A stretch of 64,000 nt of DNA from a bacterium (GTDB lineage: Bacteria; UBA8248). Under the pieces are notes generated by a model. That model saw only the letters and a program-made list of their open reading frames with translations, made no database searches and was not told the DNA's origin. The translations under genes and the position numbers were made by a program. The stretch covers positions 1 to 64,000 of the forward strand of contig OZ253442.1 of assembly GCA_965261085.1 (NCBI GenBank), given 5' to 3'. This document shows, one piece after another, positions 1-9,325 of this stretch (the first letter of the stretch is position 1; the number at the start of each line of letters is the position of its first letter).

Positions 1-230
1 GGGACGCATTTGCCCGCAGTTGCGTACTCCCTGAAAACCGGGACTGCGCTATCGTGCGCGCAGCGCGGGGAGGCGATTTTCCGCACCGGATGGAGTCGAT
101 ATCAATGAAGCGAGGGTTTTACGTGGAATCGAACCACGGGTTCAGATCGAAGAAGGCGAACTCTTTCTCCCCGGGCGGAATCGAACCGCGCCAAGAGAGG
201 CGCCGCGCTCATGGATGCAAGGAGGGCGGA

Positions 231-430
231 GAAATGAAAATAATCAAATTTTCTGTAAATATCGATAAATTCACGGGGTTTATCGATAAATTCCTGAAAA
301 GGAATTGTCTCATAACTGATTGTTACAAAAGGGTTAATACTCAAGCCTGAGTGCTCGGCACTAAAATCCAGCGACAAAAAAAGTTTTTCGGCTCCCCGGC
401 ATTTCCCCGCAACAGCCCGCATTTGCTCGC
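231..430. repeat. Dispersed ~200-bp AT-rich element, copy A
   Basis: 231-299 aligns ungapped to 26736-26804 (57/69 identical). Two CGATAAATT boxes 21 bp apart, followed by a GCATTT-C/G-CCC-type 10-mer tail. Positions 5-27 match 26903-26925 at 22/23. Confidence 0.75.
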
Positions 431-569
431 GCGGCGGGAGAGGCTCTCATCGGCCGCGTGACTCCCATACCCCCGGTAGCCGAAACCGGGACATTCAACA
501 ACCTCATATACGAAACACATCGCCTGGGCTATACTCTCGCCATCCAACCATCACCATCTACGCCACCAT

Positions 570-1904
570 GTGGAGGAAAACATGGACGATCTCAGACAAA
601 AAGCTCTCGATTATCTCGACGCCCAAACAGGCGAGGCGCGGGAAATCGCCCGGGAAATCTGGAACTTTGCGGAAATCGCTCTCGAGGAATTCAAATCCGC
701 GGAATTGCTCGAAGGCGTTTTGGAGCAAAACGGCTTCGAAGTGCAGCGCGGCGTGGGCGACCTGCCCACCGCCTTCATCGCGAGATGGGGCGATAGCGGT
801 CCCGCCATTGGAATTCTCGGGGAATACGACGCGCTCCCCCACTGCGGGGATTCACACGAAAAACAAGGCCACGGCTGCGGGCACAACCTCTTCGGCACGG
901 CCGGCGCCTATGCCGCGATTGCAGCGGCGCGCGCGCTGCGCGAATCGGGGGCGAAGGGCCAGGTCGTCTGCTTCGGCTGTCCGGCGGAAGAAACCCTGGA
1001 GGGCAAGGTATACATGGCGCGCGATGGCGCGTTTGACGGCATCGACGCCGCTGTCACCTGGCACCCCGGGGAGAAGAACTTCACCCGGGGGGGCAGCACC
1101 AACGCCATGGATTCCATCGTTTTCGAGTTTTATGGCGAAACCGCCCACTCGGCCCGAGACCCGTGGAACGGCAGAAGCGCGCTCGATGGCGTGGAAATCA
1201 TGAACTATGGCGTCAACATGATGCGCGAGCACGTCATCGAGCCGGTCAAGATTCACTACGTCATCACTGACGGTGGGGTGGCCCCCAACGTCGTGCCCTC
1301 CTATTCGCGCGTGTGGTACTACGTGCGGGCGCCCAAGAGAGCGCTGGTCAACGAATTGAGCGAGCGCGTCCGAAACTGCGCGAAAGCGGGCGCGCTGGCA
1401 TCGGGTACGCGGATGAAGGAAACACTGCTCACCGCCGTGTACGAGAATCTTCCCAACAACGCCCTGGCCCACTGCGTGCAAAGGAACCTGGAATTCGTGG
1501 GCGCACATACCTATTCGGACGAGGCGAAGGAATTCGCCCGAAAACTGGGGTATGAGGAACCGCTCTCCGAAGAGATATTTCCACTCAACCCGGCGGACAT
1601 ACGCCCAAGCAACGAGCGCGGCAACGTGAGCTGGCTCACGCCCCTGGGCAACCTGATGACCACTTGCCACGCACCGGGAACGCCCGGGCATTCCTGGCTC
1701 GCCACCCAGCAATACGGCATGGAAATCGGAGAAAAGGGCATGATGACATCCGCCAAAACCATGGCGGCCGCTACGCTTGAACTCATCAGCAACGAGAACC
1801 TGTTAAAACAGGTGAGAGATGAGTTCAAGGAGAGAACGAGAGGTTTTACCTACGACCCCCTTATCCCCGAGGGACAAAAACCGAATCCCTTGGGCATGAG
1901 GTAG
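570..1904 (+). CDS. M20 family amidohydrolase (AbgB-like aminobenzoyl-glutamate hydrolase type)
   Basis: GEYDALP, HGCGHN, GCPAEE, WHP and GHSW motifs; GGAGG RBS region. Confidence 0.9.
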   Translation: MEENMDDLRQKALDYLDAQTGEAREIAREIWNFAEIALEEFKSAELLEGVLEQNGFEVQRGVGDLPTAFIARWGDSGPAIGILGEYDALPHCGDSHEKQGHGCGHNLFGTAGAYAAIAAARALRESGAKGQVVCFGCPAEETLEGKVYMARDGAFDGIDAAVTWHPGEKNFTRGGSTNAMDSIVFEFYGETAHSARDPWNGRSALDGVEIMNYGVNMMREHVIEPVKIHYVITDGGVAPNVVPSYSRVWYYVRAPKRALVNELSERVRNCAKAGALASGTRMKETLLTAVYENLPNNALAHCVQRNLEFVGAHTYSDEAKEFARKLGYEEPLSEEIFPLNPADIRPSNERGNVSWLTPLGNLMTTCHAPGTPGHSWLATQQYGMEIGEKGMMTSAKTMAAATLELISNENLLKQVRDEFKERTRGFTYDPLIPEGQKPNPLGMR

Positions 1905-1950
1905 AAATTATCCACGAATCATTCATCATCCAGAATCAGGAGAGCACACC

Positions 1951-2790
1951 ATGAAATTCGGCGTTGCGATTTTCCCGACCGACTATTCCATCGCCCCGCA
2001 CCAGGTCGCTAAAGAGGCGGAAGACAGAGGCTTCGAGTCCATCTTCTTCCCGGAGCACACCCACATTCCGGCGAGCAGAAAAACCCCCTGGCCCGGCGGT
2101 GCGGAACTCCCGCTTGAATACTCGCACTCGCTCGATCTTTTCGTGGGTCTCGGGGCCGCAGCGGCGGCCACGGAAAAAATCATGCTGGGCACGGGCATAT
2201 GCCTCGTCATCGAGCGCGACCCTATAGTCCTTGCCAACGAAGTGGCCACGCTCGATCACATATCGAACGGTCGCGTGCTCTTCGGGGTGGGCGGCGGCTG
2301 GAACCGCGAGGAGATGGAAAACCACGGAACCAGTTTCGAGAAGCGCTGGTTCGTCCTGCGCGAGCGCATCGAGGCCATGAAAGCCATCTGGACGGAGGAC
2401 GAGGCGAGCTACCATGGAGATTTCGTGGATTTCGATCGCATCTGGTCCTGGCCCAAACCGATCCAGAAGCCGCACCCGCCGATATTCGTGGGTGGAAACG
2501 GGGCGAGAACGCTCGAGCGCGTGGTGCGCTACGGAGACGAGTGGATGCCCCTGCCCCGGGGGGATGTGGATATGTCGCCGCGAATCCAGGAGCTTCAGGA
2601 ACTGGCGGCCAAAGCGGGACGCGCTCCCATTCCCGTCAGCATTTTCTTCGCACCTCCTGACGCCGATAAGCTTCGCGCTCTCGATAGCAATGGAGTGGGG
2701 AGGAGTATTTTCATCCTGCCATCGGCGGAGGCCGACGTCGTTTTGCCGAAACTAGACGAGTTGGCCAGCGTCGTGGCGCAATACGGCTAA
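1951..2790 (+). CDS. LLM class (putative F420-dependent, Rv2161c-like) oxidoreductase
   Basis: FPEHTHIP, GVGGGWNREE and PKPIQKPHPPI motifs; AGGAG RBS. Confidence 0.9.
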   Translation: MKFGVAIFPTDYSIAPHQVAKEAEDRGFESIFFPEHTHIPASRKTPWPGGAELPLEYSHSLDLFVGLGAAAAATEKIMLGTGICLVIERDPIVLANEVATLDHISNGRVLFGVGGGWNREEMENHGTSFEKRWFVLRERIEAMKAIWTEDEASYHGDFVDFDRIWSWPKPIQKPHPPIFVGGNGARTLERVVRYGDEWMPLPRGDVDMSPRIQELQELAAKAGRAPIPVSIFFAPPDADKLRALDSNGVGRSIFILPSAEADVVLPKLDELASVVAQYG

Positions 2791-2809
2791 GCCGAGAAAA
2801 ACCAAAAGA

Positions 2810-2847
2810 AAAGGCCCCCGGTGGGATTCAAACCGCCGGGGGCCTTT
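2810..2847. terminator. Bidirectional intrinsic terminator between convergent genes
   Basis: AAAGGCCCCCGGTGG / CCGCCGGGGGCCTTT stem with A/T tails. Confidence 0.8.
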
Positions 2848-2862
2848 ATCGTTCGAATGCGG

Positions 2863-3327
2863 CTAGTGGCAGATGATTCCGTTTTTCTCGGCATACTGCT
2901 GGTGGTAGTCCTCACCCATCCAGAATCGTGACGCCTGCGTGATCTCCGTCACTATCGGTCCCCGATGACGACCCGATTCTTCCTGCTCCTGCTTGGAGGC
3001 TAGCGCATCGGCCTCCTGCTCGGGCGAGAAGAAATAAATAGCCGAGCGATACTGGGTGCCCACGTCGGGGCCCTGGCGGTTCAGCGTGCAGGGATCGTGA
3101 ATCCGCCAGAGCACATCCAAAAGCTCCCGGTAAGAGACTCTCTCCGGCTCGAACTCCAGATAGACGACCTCCGCATGGCCCGTGCGGCCCGTGCATACTT
3201 CCCTGTAGGTGGGCTCGTCCTTCGCGCCGCCCGAATACCCTACAGCGGTGTAGGACACGCCTTCCACCTTGCGAAACGCCGCCTCCACTCCCCAGAAACA
3301 ACCTGCGCCGAACATGGCCTTTTCCAT
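2863..3327 (-). CDS. msrA: Peptide-methionine (S)-S-oxide reductase MsrA
   Basis: GCFWG, TGHAE, QGPDVGTQYRS and EDYHQQY motifs. Confidence 0.97.
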   Translation of the reverse strand: MEKAMFGAGCFWGVEAAFRKVEGVSYTAVGYSGGAKDEPTYREVCTGRTGHAEVVYLEFEPERVSYRELLDVLWRIHDPCTLNRQGPDVGTQYRSAIYFFSPEQEADALASKQEQEESGRHRGPIVTEITQASRFWMGEDYHQQYAEKNGIICH

Positions 3328-3353
3328 AAGCTCTCCTTAATGAAAAACAAAAA

Positions 3354-4451
3354 TCACGGCTCTATCTCCACGCTCCCCGGCGGGCCTTCCACCACTTCGC
3401 CGAACACGGCGGCGGGAGCAACGCCCGCTCCATGCAGCTCATCCAAAAGCGCTTCCGCCTTGTCCGCATTCACCGCGATGATGAGTCCGCCGGATGTCTG
3501 CGCATCATTGAGCAAGGCGACCATCTCCTCATCGACGCCCGGTTTCGGCTCGACGAAAGGTTTTGTCCACACGCGGTTGCGATCGCCCCCTCCCGCCGTG
3601 CCTGCGATGGCGTGGGGAAGCAAATCTTCAAACCGGGGCACATCGGAGAAAACGACGCGCGCACGCGCGCCGCTGGCCTCCATCACGTTGTGCAGATGGC
3701 CCAGGAGACCGAACCCGGTCACGTCCGTACAAGCATTTACGCCCACGCGCATCATGCATTCGCTCGCTTTTTTATTGAGCTCCTGCATGGAGGCCACCGC
3801 TTCTTCGAACACGCCGTCGCGGAGTTTTCCGTTTTTCCCGAAAAGGCCGCGCGCGGCCTTTACTAACGGGTTCACCTGTTTCGTCACGTTGGTGACGACG
3901 CCGGTGCCTATTTTTTTCGTCAGAATGAGCTTATCGCCGGGTTTCGCCCCCTGGTTCGTCACCATCTTCCTGGGGTCGACCGTTCCGGTGACGGCCATGC
4001 CGTATTTGGGCTCCGCGTCATCCACGCTGTGCCCGCCCACGATGACGCCGCCCGCCTCGCGCATTTTATCCGCGCCGCCCGCCAGGATTCTCCCCAGCAC
4101 GTCGAGGCCGATGTGGCAGGGAAAACCCACAAGATTCAACCCGGTAATCGGCTGCGCGCCCATGGTGAAGCAATCGCTGAGCGCATTGGCCGCTGCTATC
4201 TGGCCATAGTCATAAGCGTCATCCACGATGGGCGTGAAGAAATCCACCGTCTGGACGATGGCCAAATCCTCTCTGAGCCGATAAACGCCCGTGTCGTCCC
4301 CGGCGTTCGTCCCGTAAAGCAGATTCGGATCCGAAAACGGTTCAAACTGGCTCAACGCCTCTCTCAGGTCCTCCGGACCCAGCTTCGAGCCTCACCCGCC
4401 CGCCTTGACCATCCGGGTAAGCTGTACTTTTCTCTCTGATGCCGTTGCCAT
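3354..4451 (-). CDS. selD: Selenide, water dikinase SelD, selenocysteine-containing (UGA at 4392-4394 = Sec20)
   Basis: ATG 4451 after GGAG RBS reads MATASERKVQLTRMVKAGG-UGA-GSKLGPEDL in frame into ORF 3354..4355 (DFFTPIVDD, GGHS, DVTGFGLLGH, QTSGGL). SECIS-like hairpin follows the UGA. Confidence 0.95.
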
Positions 4452-4585
4452 TATCTCTCCTGAAAATTCCTGCGCGGCTTGGGAAAATTCCCATCCGGGG
4501 GGATAATAATACATCTTCAGATGATAGACAAAAAACATATATCTTTCCCATGTTTCCAATGAGCGCCTCCAGAAAGGACACCTGA

Positions 4586-5554
4586 ATGAAAGTCGTGATA
4601 TCAGATGATTATCAAGACTGCATCCGCAACCTCGAGTGTTTCTCCAAGATGGCGGAATACGACGTCACCATCCACAACGACACGGTCGACGACCTGGACG
4701 CACTCGCAGAGCGGTTTCAGGAAGCGGAAGCCATCGTCCTGATCAGGGAGCGCACCCACATCACGGATGCGCTGCTCGCCAGACTCCCGAACCTCAAGAT
4801 GGTGAGCCAAACCGGCGCCGGCTTCGGCTCGCACGTCGACCTGGAAGCCTGCACGCGCCACAAGGTGGCCGTGGCCGCAGGCGGCACGGGTACGCACTCC
4901 ACCTGTGAGATCACATGGGGCCTGATCCACTGCGCCATGCGCTCCATTCCCCTGGAAACCCGGAACCTGGCGGGCGGCGGCTGGCAGACCACGCTGGGGG
5001 AGGACCTGTACGGCAAAACGCTCGGCGTGTATTCCTACGGCAACATCGGGAGCCAAGTGGCCGCCGTGGGAAAAGCCTTCGGCATGAACGTCATCACCTA
5101 CGGGAGAGCGGGTTCCGCAGAGCGCGCCCGGGCGGACGGCGTCCCGATGACGGCCAGCAAAGAGGCGCTCTTCGCGGAGGCGGACATCATAAGCCTCCAC
5201 ATTCGCATGACACCCCAAACCAGGGGCATCGTGACAGCGAAGGATTTGGGCCTCATGAAGCCGAGCGCCCTGTTGGTGAACACCAGCCGCGCCGGGCTGA
5301 TTGAAGAAGGAGCCTTAGAAGCGGCGCTCAATGCGGGAAGGCCCGGTTTCGCCGCAGTGGATGTCTATGAGAAAGAACCGGTTCGAGGAGCACAGCATCC
5401 ACTATTGGGCATGGAGAACGCGATTTGCACGCCGCATCTCGGCTACGTCACGCGAGGCACGTTTGAAAGATACTTCGGGATCGCTTTTGAGCAAATCAAC
5501 GCTTTCGCTGATAGAAACCCTATAAACATCCATAACCCCGAAGTTCTGGATTGA
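4586..5554 (+). CDS. D-2-hydroxyacid dehydrogenase family protein
   Basis: LIRERT, SYGNIG Rossmann variant, NTSRAG, DVYEKEP and TPHLG motifs. Confidence 0.92.
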   Translation: MKVVISDDYQDCIRNLECFSKMAEYDVTIHNDTVDDLDALAERFQEAEAIVLIRERTHITDALLARLPNLKMVSQTGAGFGSHVDLEACTRHKVAVAAGGTGTHSTCEITWGLIHCAMRSIPLETRNLAGGGWQTTLGEDLYGKTLGVYSYGNIGSQVAAVGKAFGMNVITYGRAGSAERARADGVPMTASKEALFAEADIISLHIRMTPQTRGIVTAKDLGLMKPSALLVNTSRAGLIEEGALEAALNAGRPGFAAVDVYEKEPVRGAQHPLLGMENAICTPHLGYVTRGTFERYFGIAFEQINAFADRNPINIHNPEVLD

Positions 5555-5660
5555 GAGGATTTTCGCGCTCACTTCGCCGGCTGGCTTGATTTTTCACGCC
5601 AGCCGTTGTTCAATCGCGACCCGAAGCCGAAAAACCATTTCACCTTTGAGGTTCGCCAAC

Positions 5661-6803
5661 TTGGATTTCGCTTTCAACGAGCGCCAGGAACTCATGCGCC
5701 GCACGCTGCATGAGCTTTTAGAGAGAGTATGTCCCTCTGAATACGCGATGGAGTGCGACAAGAAGGGCGAAGCTCCCATCGAGGCCTACAAGGCCCTGGC
5801 CGATGACGGCTGGATAGGCGTATCCACGCCCGAGGAATACGGTGGGATGGGAGGCGATGCGCTCGATCTGGCCCTGGTCCTCGAAACCACGGGCATACAC
5901 TACCTCGACCTCGCCACCATGATCTTCAGAAACGTCTGCTACGGCGTGGACGCCCTACTCGTCAGCGGAACGGAGGCGCAGAAAAAAGAGTTCATTCCCG
6001 CCACCGTAAAGGGCGAGAAGTATTTCGCATTCAGCCTCACCGAGCCGGACGCAGGTTCGGACGCCGCGGCCATCATCACCCGCGCGGATCGGGAAGAAGA
6101 CCGCTTCCGGCTCACGGGTACGAAAAACTTCACCTCCGGCATGCCGACGGCCACGCACATCCTCGTCGCCGCGCGCACGGACAACTCAGGCGCCAAGCAT
6201 GAGGGCATCACGAATTTCATCATTCCCGCCGATGCCGAGGGCGTCACCTGGTCGAAGCTCGAATTGCTCGGCCACCGGGCGATGGGCACCTGCGTGGTGC
6301 ATTATGACGCCGTGGAGACGAGCGAAGCCGACATTCTGGGAGGAGTGGGGGACGGCTGGAAAGGCTTGATGGCGTACATCACCACCGAGCGTTTATGCCT
6401 GTCCGCGGCGCGAACGGGCGCTGCGGCGGCGGCGCTCGAACTGGCTCTCAATCACGCGAAAGAAAGGAAACAGTTCGGCCGCCCCATCGGCAAGTTCCAG
6501 GCCGTCAGTCACATGCTCGCCGAAATGCACATGCTCGTCGATACGGCGAGGCTCCAAGTCTACCGGTTCGCATGGCTGGTCTCTCAGGGAAAAGCGGGGC
6601 GCATCGAGGCGGCGACGCTCAAGCTCTATGCCGGGGAAGCCTACAAACGGGTGGCCGACCTGGGCGTTCAAGTGATGGGCGGGTACGGCTACAGCGGAGA
6701 ATACGCAATGGAGCGCCACTACCGCGACGCGCGGCTGGCCACCATCGGCGCAGGCACGAGCGAGGTGCAAAGAAACATCATCGCAAAGGCGCTGGGGCTT
6801 TAA
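5661..6803 (+). CDS. Acyl-CoA dehydrogenase
   Basis: Probable TTG start (MDFAF); LTEPDAGSD, RKQFGRPIGKFQ and GAGTSEVQ motifs. Confidence 0.92.
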   Translation: MDFAFNERQELMRRTLHELLERVCPSEYAMECDKKGEAPIEAYKALADDGWIGVSTPEEYGGMGGDALDLALVLETTGIHYLDLATMIFRNVCYGVDALLVSGTEAQKKEFIPATVKGEKYFAFSLTEPDAGSDAAAIITRADREEDRFRLTGTKNFTSGMPTATHILVAARTDNSGAKHEGITNFIIPADAEGVTWSKLELLGHRAMGTCVVHYDAVETSEADILGGVGDGWKGLMAYITTERLCLSAARTGAAAAALELALNHAKERKQFGRPIGKFQAVSHMLAEMHMLVDTARLQVYRFAWLVSQGKAGRIEAATLKLYAGEAYKRVADLGVQVMGGYGYSGEYAMERHYRDARLATIGAGTSEVQRNIIAKALGL

Positions 6804-6896
6804 TAATTCCACCCGGGATACTTGATGATTTCGCCGAAAGAGCCGAAACTGAAATCCATCCGAGCGATGAAGCAGTATTCATGAGGAACCGATTTC

Positions 6897-7364
6897 ATGC
6901 CGTTGGATAAAAGCGTTCTGGAAAGAACGTTCCCCGAGTTCGAATTCCGGCTCGAGCGCGGAAAAATCAGAGAATACGCCCTCGCTTTGGGGCTGACCGA
7001 CCCGGTGCATACGGACCTGGAAGCCGCTAGAGCCGCGGGCTTTGACGATCTGCTCGCTCCGCCCACGTTCGTGCGCCAGTTCTGGCATGAAAACCCCGGG
7101 AACGACCCCATGCCGCATCTGGGCTACGACCCCAAGCGCCGCCTCCACGGAGAGCAGGAATTCGAATACCACAAGCCCCTGGTCGCCGGCATGAACCTAA
7201 AGGGCCGAAACGCCATCGTCTCCACCCGCGAGAAAGAAGGCCGCCGGGGCGGGATGATGACTTTCGTCGTCATCGAAACCAGATTCCTGGATGAGGCGGG
7301 CGAGTTGGTTCAGGTGGCGAGGCGCACCCTCATCGAAACAGCGGCCCCTCCCAAAGAGGGTTGA
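6897..7364 (+). CDS. MaoC/FAS1-like dehydratase, N-terminal-type hot-dog subunit
   Basis: ERGKIREYA, APPTF and LHGEQEFEY motifs. Confidence 0.85.
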   Translation: MPLDKSVLERTFPEFEFRLERGKIREYALALGLTDPVHTDLEAARAAGFDDLLAPPTFVRQFWHENPGNDPMPHLGYDPKRRLHGEQEFEYHKPLVAGMNLKGRNAIVSTREKEGRRGGMMTFVVIETRFLDEAGELVQVARRTLIETAAPPKEG

Positions 7365-7376
7365 TGGAGCTTTTAG

Positions 7377-7808
7377 ATGACGACAGCTACTCAATACGCG
7401 AAATGGGCAGAACTCACCGAAGGCGTCGAGCGTGAGTTGACGGTAGGCCCCATCACCCGGACGGACCTGGTTCGCTACGCGGGCGCCAGCGGGGATTTCA
7501 ACCCCAACCATCACGATGAGATTTACGCCATCCGCGCGGGGTTCGACAAACCCTTCGCGCACGGGATGCTTCAGGGCGGATATCTCGCCCGCCTGCTCAG
7601 TGAATGGCTGGGGCCCGATTCTTTCAAAAATCTCAAAATCCGCTTCAGCGCGCAGGCATGGCCTGGAGACATGGTGATTTGCAAGGCCAGGGTTGTGCGC
7701 CAATACGAAGAGGCGGGGAACCATCTGGTGGAAATCGAGGCAAGCGCCGAGAACCAGCGCGGCGACGTACTCATCAAGGCGGAGGCGATAGCCGCCCTTC
7801 GGGCTTAA
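7377..7808 (+). CDS. MaoC family (R)-hydratase
   Basis: YAGASGDFNPNHHD and AHGML hydratase-2 motif. Confidence 0.9.
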   Translation: MTTATQYAKWAELTEGVERELTVGPITRTDLVRYAGASGDFNPNHHDEIYAIRAGFDKPFAHGMLQGGYLARLLSEWLGPDSFKNLKIRFSAQAWPGDMVICKARVVRQYEEAGNHLVEIEASAENQRGDVLIKAEAIAALRA

Positions 7809-7824
7809 CTTCAGGATTAGTCAA

Positions 7825-9036
7825 ATGCTGGAAGGCTACCGAATTCTCGATCTCGGACAGGTCATCGCTGGAACCATCGGCAGCATGATCCTCGCCGACA
7901 TGGGCGCCGAGGTCATCAAGGTCGAATCCCCCCAGGGCGACATCGGGCGCAACCCCGCCATTGCGGGCATCGGCCCCGTTTCAAGCATCTTCCTCACGTT
8001 CAACCGGGGCAAGAAGGGCATCGTCATCGACCTCAAGAAGCCCGAAGGCAAAGAGGTGTTTTTGGATCTTGTGGAAAAATCAGACGCCGTGATGGTGAAC
8101 TTCCGGCCCGGCACGATGGAGCGGCTCGGCCTCGGGTTCGACGTGATGAAGCAGAGAAACCCCGACATCGTATTCGTGGATTCGAGCGGATATGGGGAAC
8201 AAGGCCCCTGGCGCGATAAACCGGCTTTCGATCTGGTCGAACAGGCCGTGAGCGGCCACATGTCCATCACGGGCGAGCCGAACCGCCCGCCCGCCCGAAA
8301 CGGCTCTCCCACGGCGGATATCTCCACCGCGCTCTATACCGCCATCGCCTGCATGGCGGGCCTGTTGGCCAGGGCGAAAGGAAGAAGCGGGGCGCACCTC
8401 GAAGTGCCCATGTTCGACGTTCAACTCGCCATGCTCGGTTATATCTCGACCATGTATCTCAACAACGGAGACATCCCCGATCCGCCCGGCAGCGCCCATG
8501 AGTACATGGTGCCCTACCAGGCGTTCCCAACGGCCACGATTTACATCGTGCTCTCCCCGCGTGAGGAGCGTTTCTGGAAAAAGATGTGCGAGGTCATGGG
8601 AATGGACGAACTGGCGGACGACCCACGCTTTCGGATGAACGACCTCCGCTCCAAGAACAGGGACGTCCTGCTCCCCATCATGGAAGAAATCCTGATGACC
8701 CGCTCGGGGGAGGAATGGCTCGCGCTCTTCGAGGCGGCGGGCGTGCCCTCAGCCCCCGTGAACCCGCTCGATCGCGCTCTGGATAACGAGCAGGTAGAAG
8801 CGAGACGCCTCATCCGCGAATATGAATACCCCGGATACGGAACGGTAAAAATAGTGGGCAATCCCATCCTGAACCGCACGGAAAATGGAAACCCAGATCC
8901 CGCCCCCGCTCCCCTCTTGGGAGGCGACACCGAGGGTATACTCCGCGATATTCTTCAGTTGAGCGATGAGCAAATCCATGCGCTCGTCTCATCCAAAGTC
9001 GTCTTCGCCACTGGATCTAAAGTGTCCGAAAAATAA
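7825..9036 (+). CDS. CaiB/BaiF family III CoA transferase
   Basis: LADMGAEVIKVE, NRGKK, NFRPG and GYG motifs. Confidence 0.93.
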   Translation: MLEGYRILDLGQVIAGTIGSMILADMGAEVIKVESPQGDIGRNPAIAGIGPVSSIFLTFNRGKKGIVIDLKKPEGKEVFLDLVEKSDAVMVNFRPGTMERLGLGFDVMKQRNPDIVFVDSSGYGEQGPWRDKPAFDLVEQAVSGHMSITGEPNRPPARNGSPTADISTALYTAIACMAGLLARAKGRSGAHLEVPMFDVQLAMLGYISTMYLNNGDIPDPPGSAHEYMVPYQAFPTATIYIVLSPREERFWKKMCEVMGMDELADDPRFRMNDLRSKNRDVLLPIMEEILMTRSGEEWLALFEAAGVPSAPVNPLDRALDNEQVEARRLIREYEYPGYGTVKIVGNPILNRTENGNPDPAPAPLLGGDTEGILRDILQLSDEQIHALVSSKVVFATGSKVSEK

Positions 9037-9325
9037 GCCGCACCCGCCATGCGCCTGGACGCTCATCGAACCTCCTACCGTCCTCGCCCGGATTCGCCCC
9101 TCGGCACCGAACCCCCACAAACTGCCGGAAATCATTAAATCCTATTCGCGCCGACTCCCTCTTTTCTCTTCAAATACTCCCGGTATTCAGCGGAAGACTG
9201 AAAGAAAATTATATTATTTATATTTACAAGCACTAAAATTTAAAAATAAGGGTTGATTTCGTTTTATATTCGTTATACATTTCGCTTTATCTTTGCTACT
9301 CCACGAGACAACCTGGAGAGAGACC

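Noticed and set aside
2863-3327. MsrA as a selenoprotein
   Set aside because: The catalytic residue is encoded as Cys (GCFWG) and there is no in-frame UGA.
9190-9300. Very AT-rich patch before comM as an island junction
   Set aside because: comM is intact and no repeats or integrase are visible. It is most likely promoter DNA.
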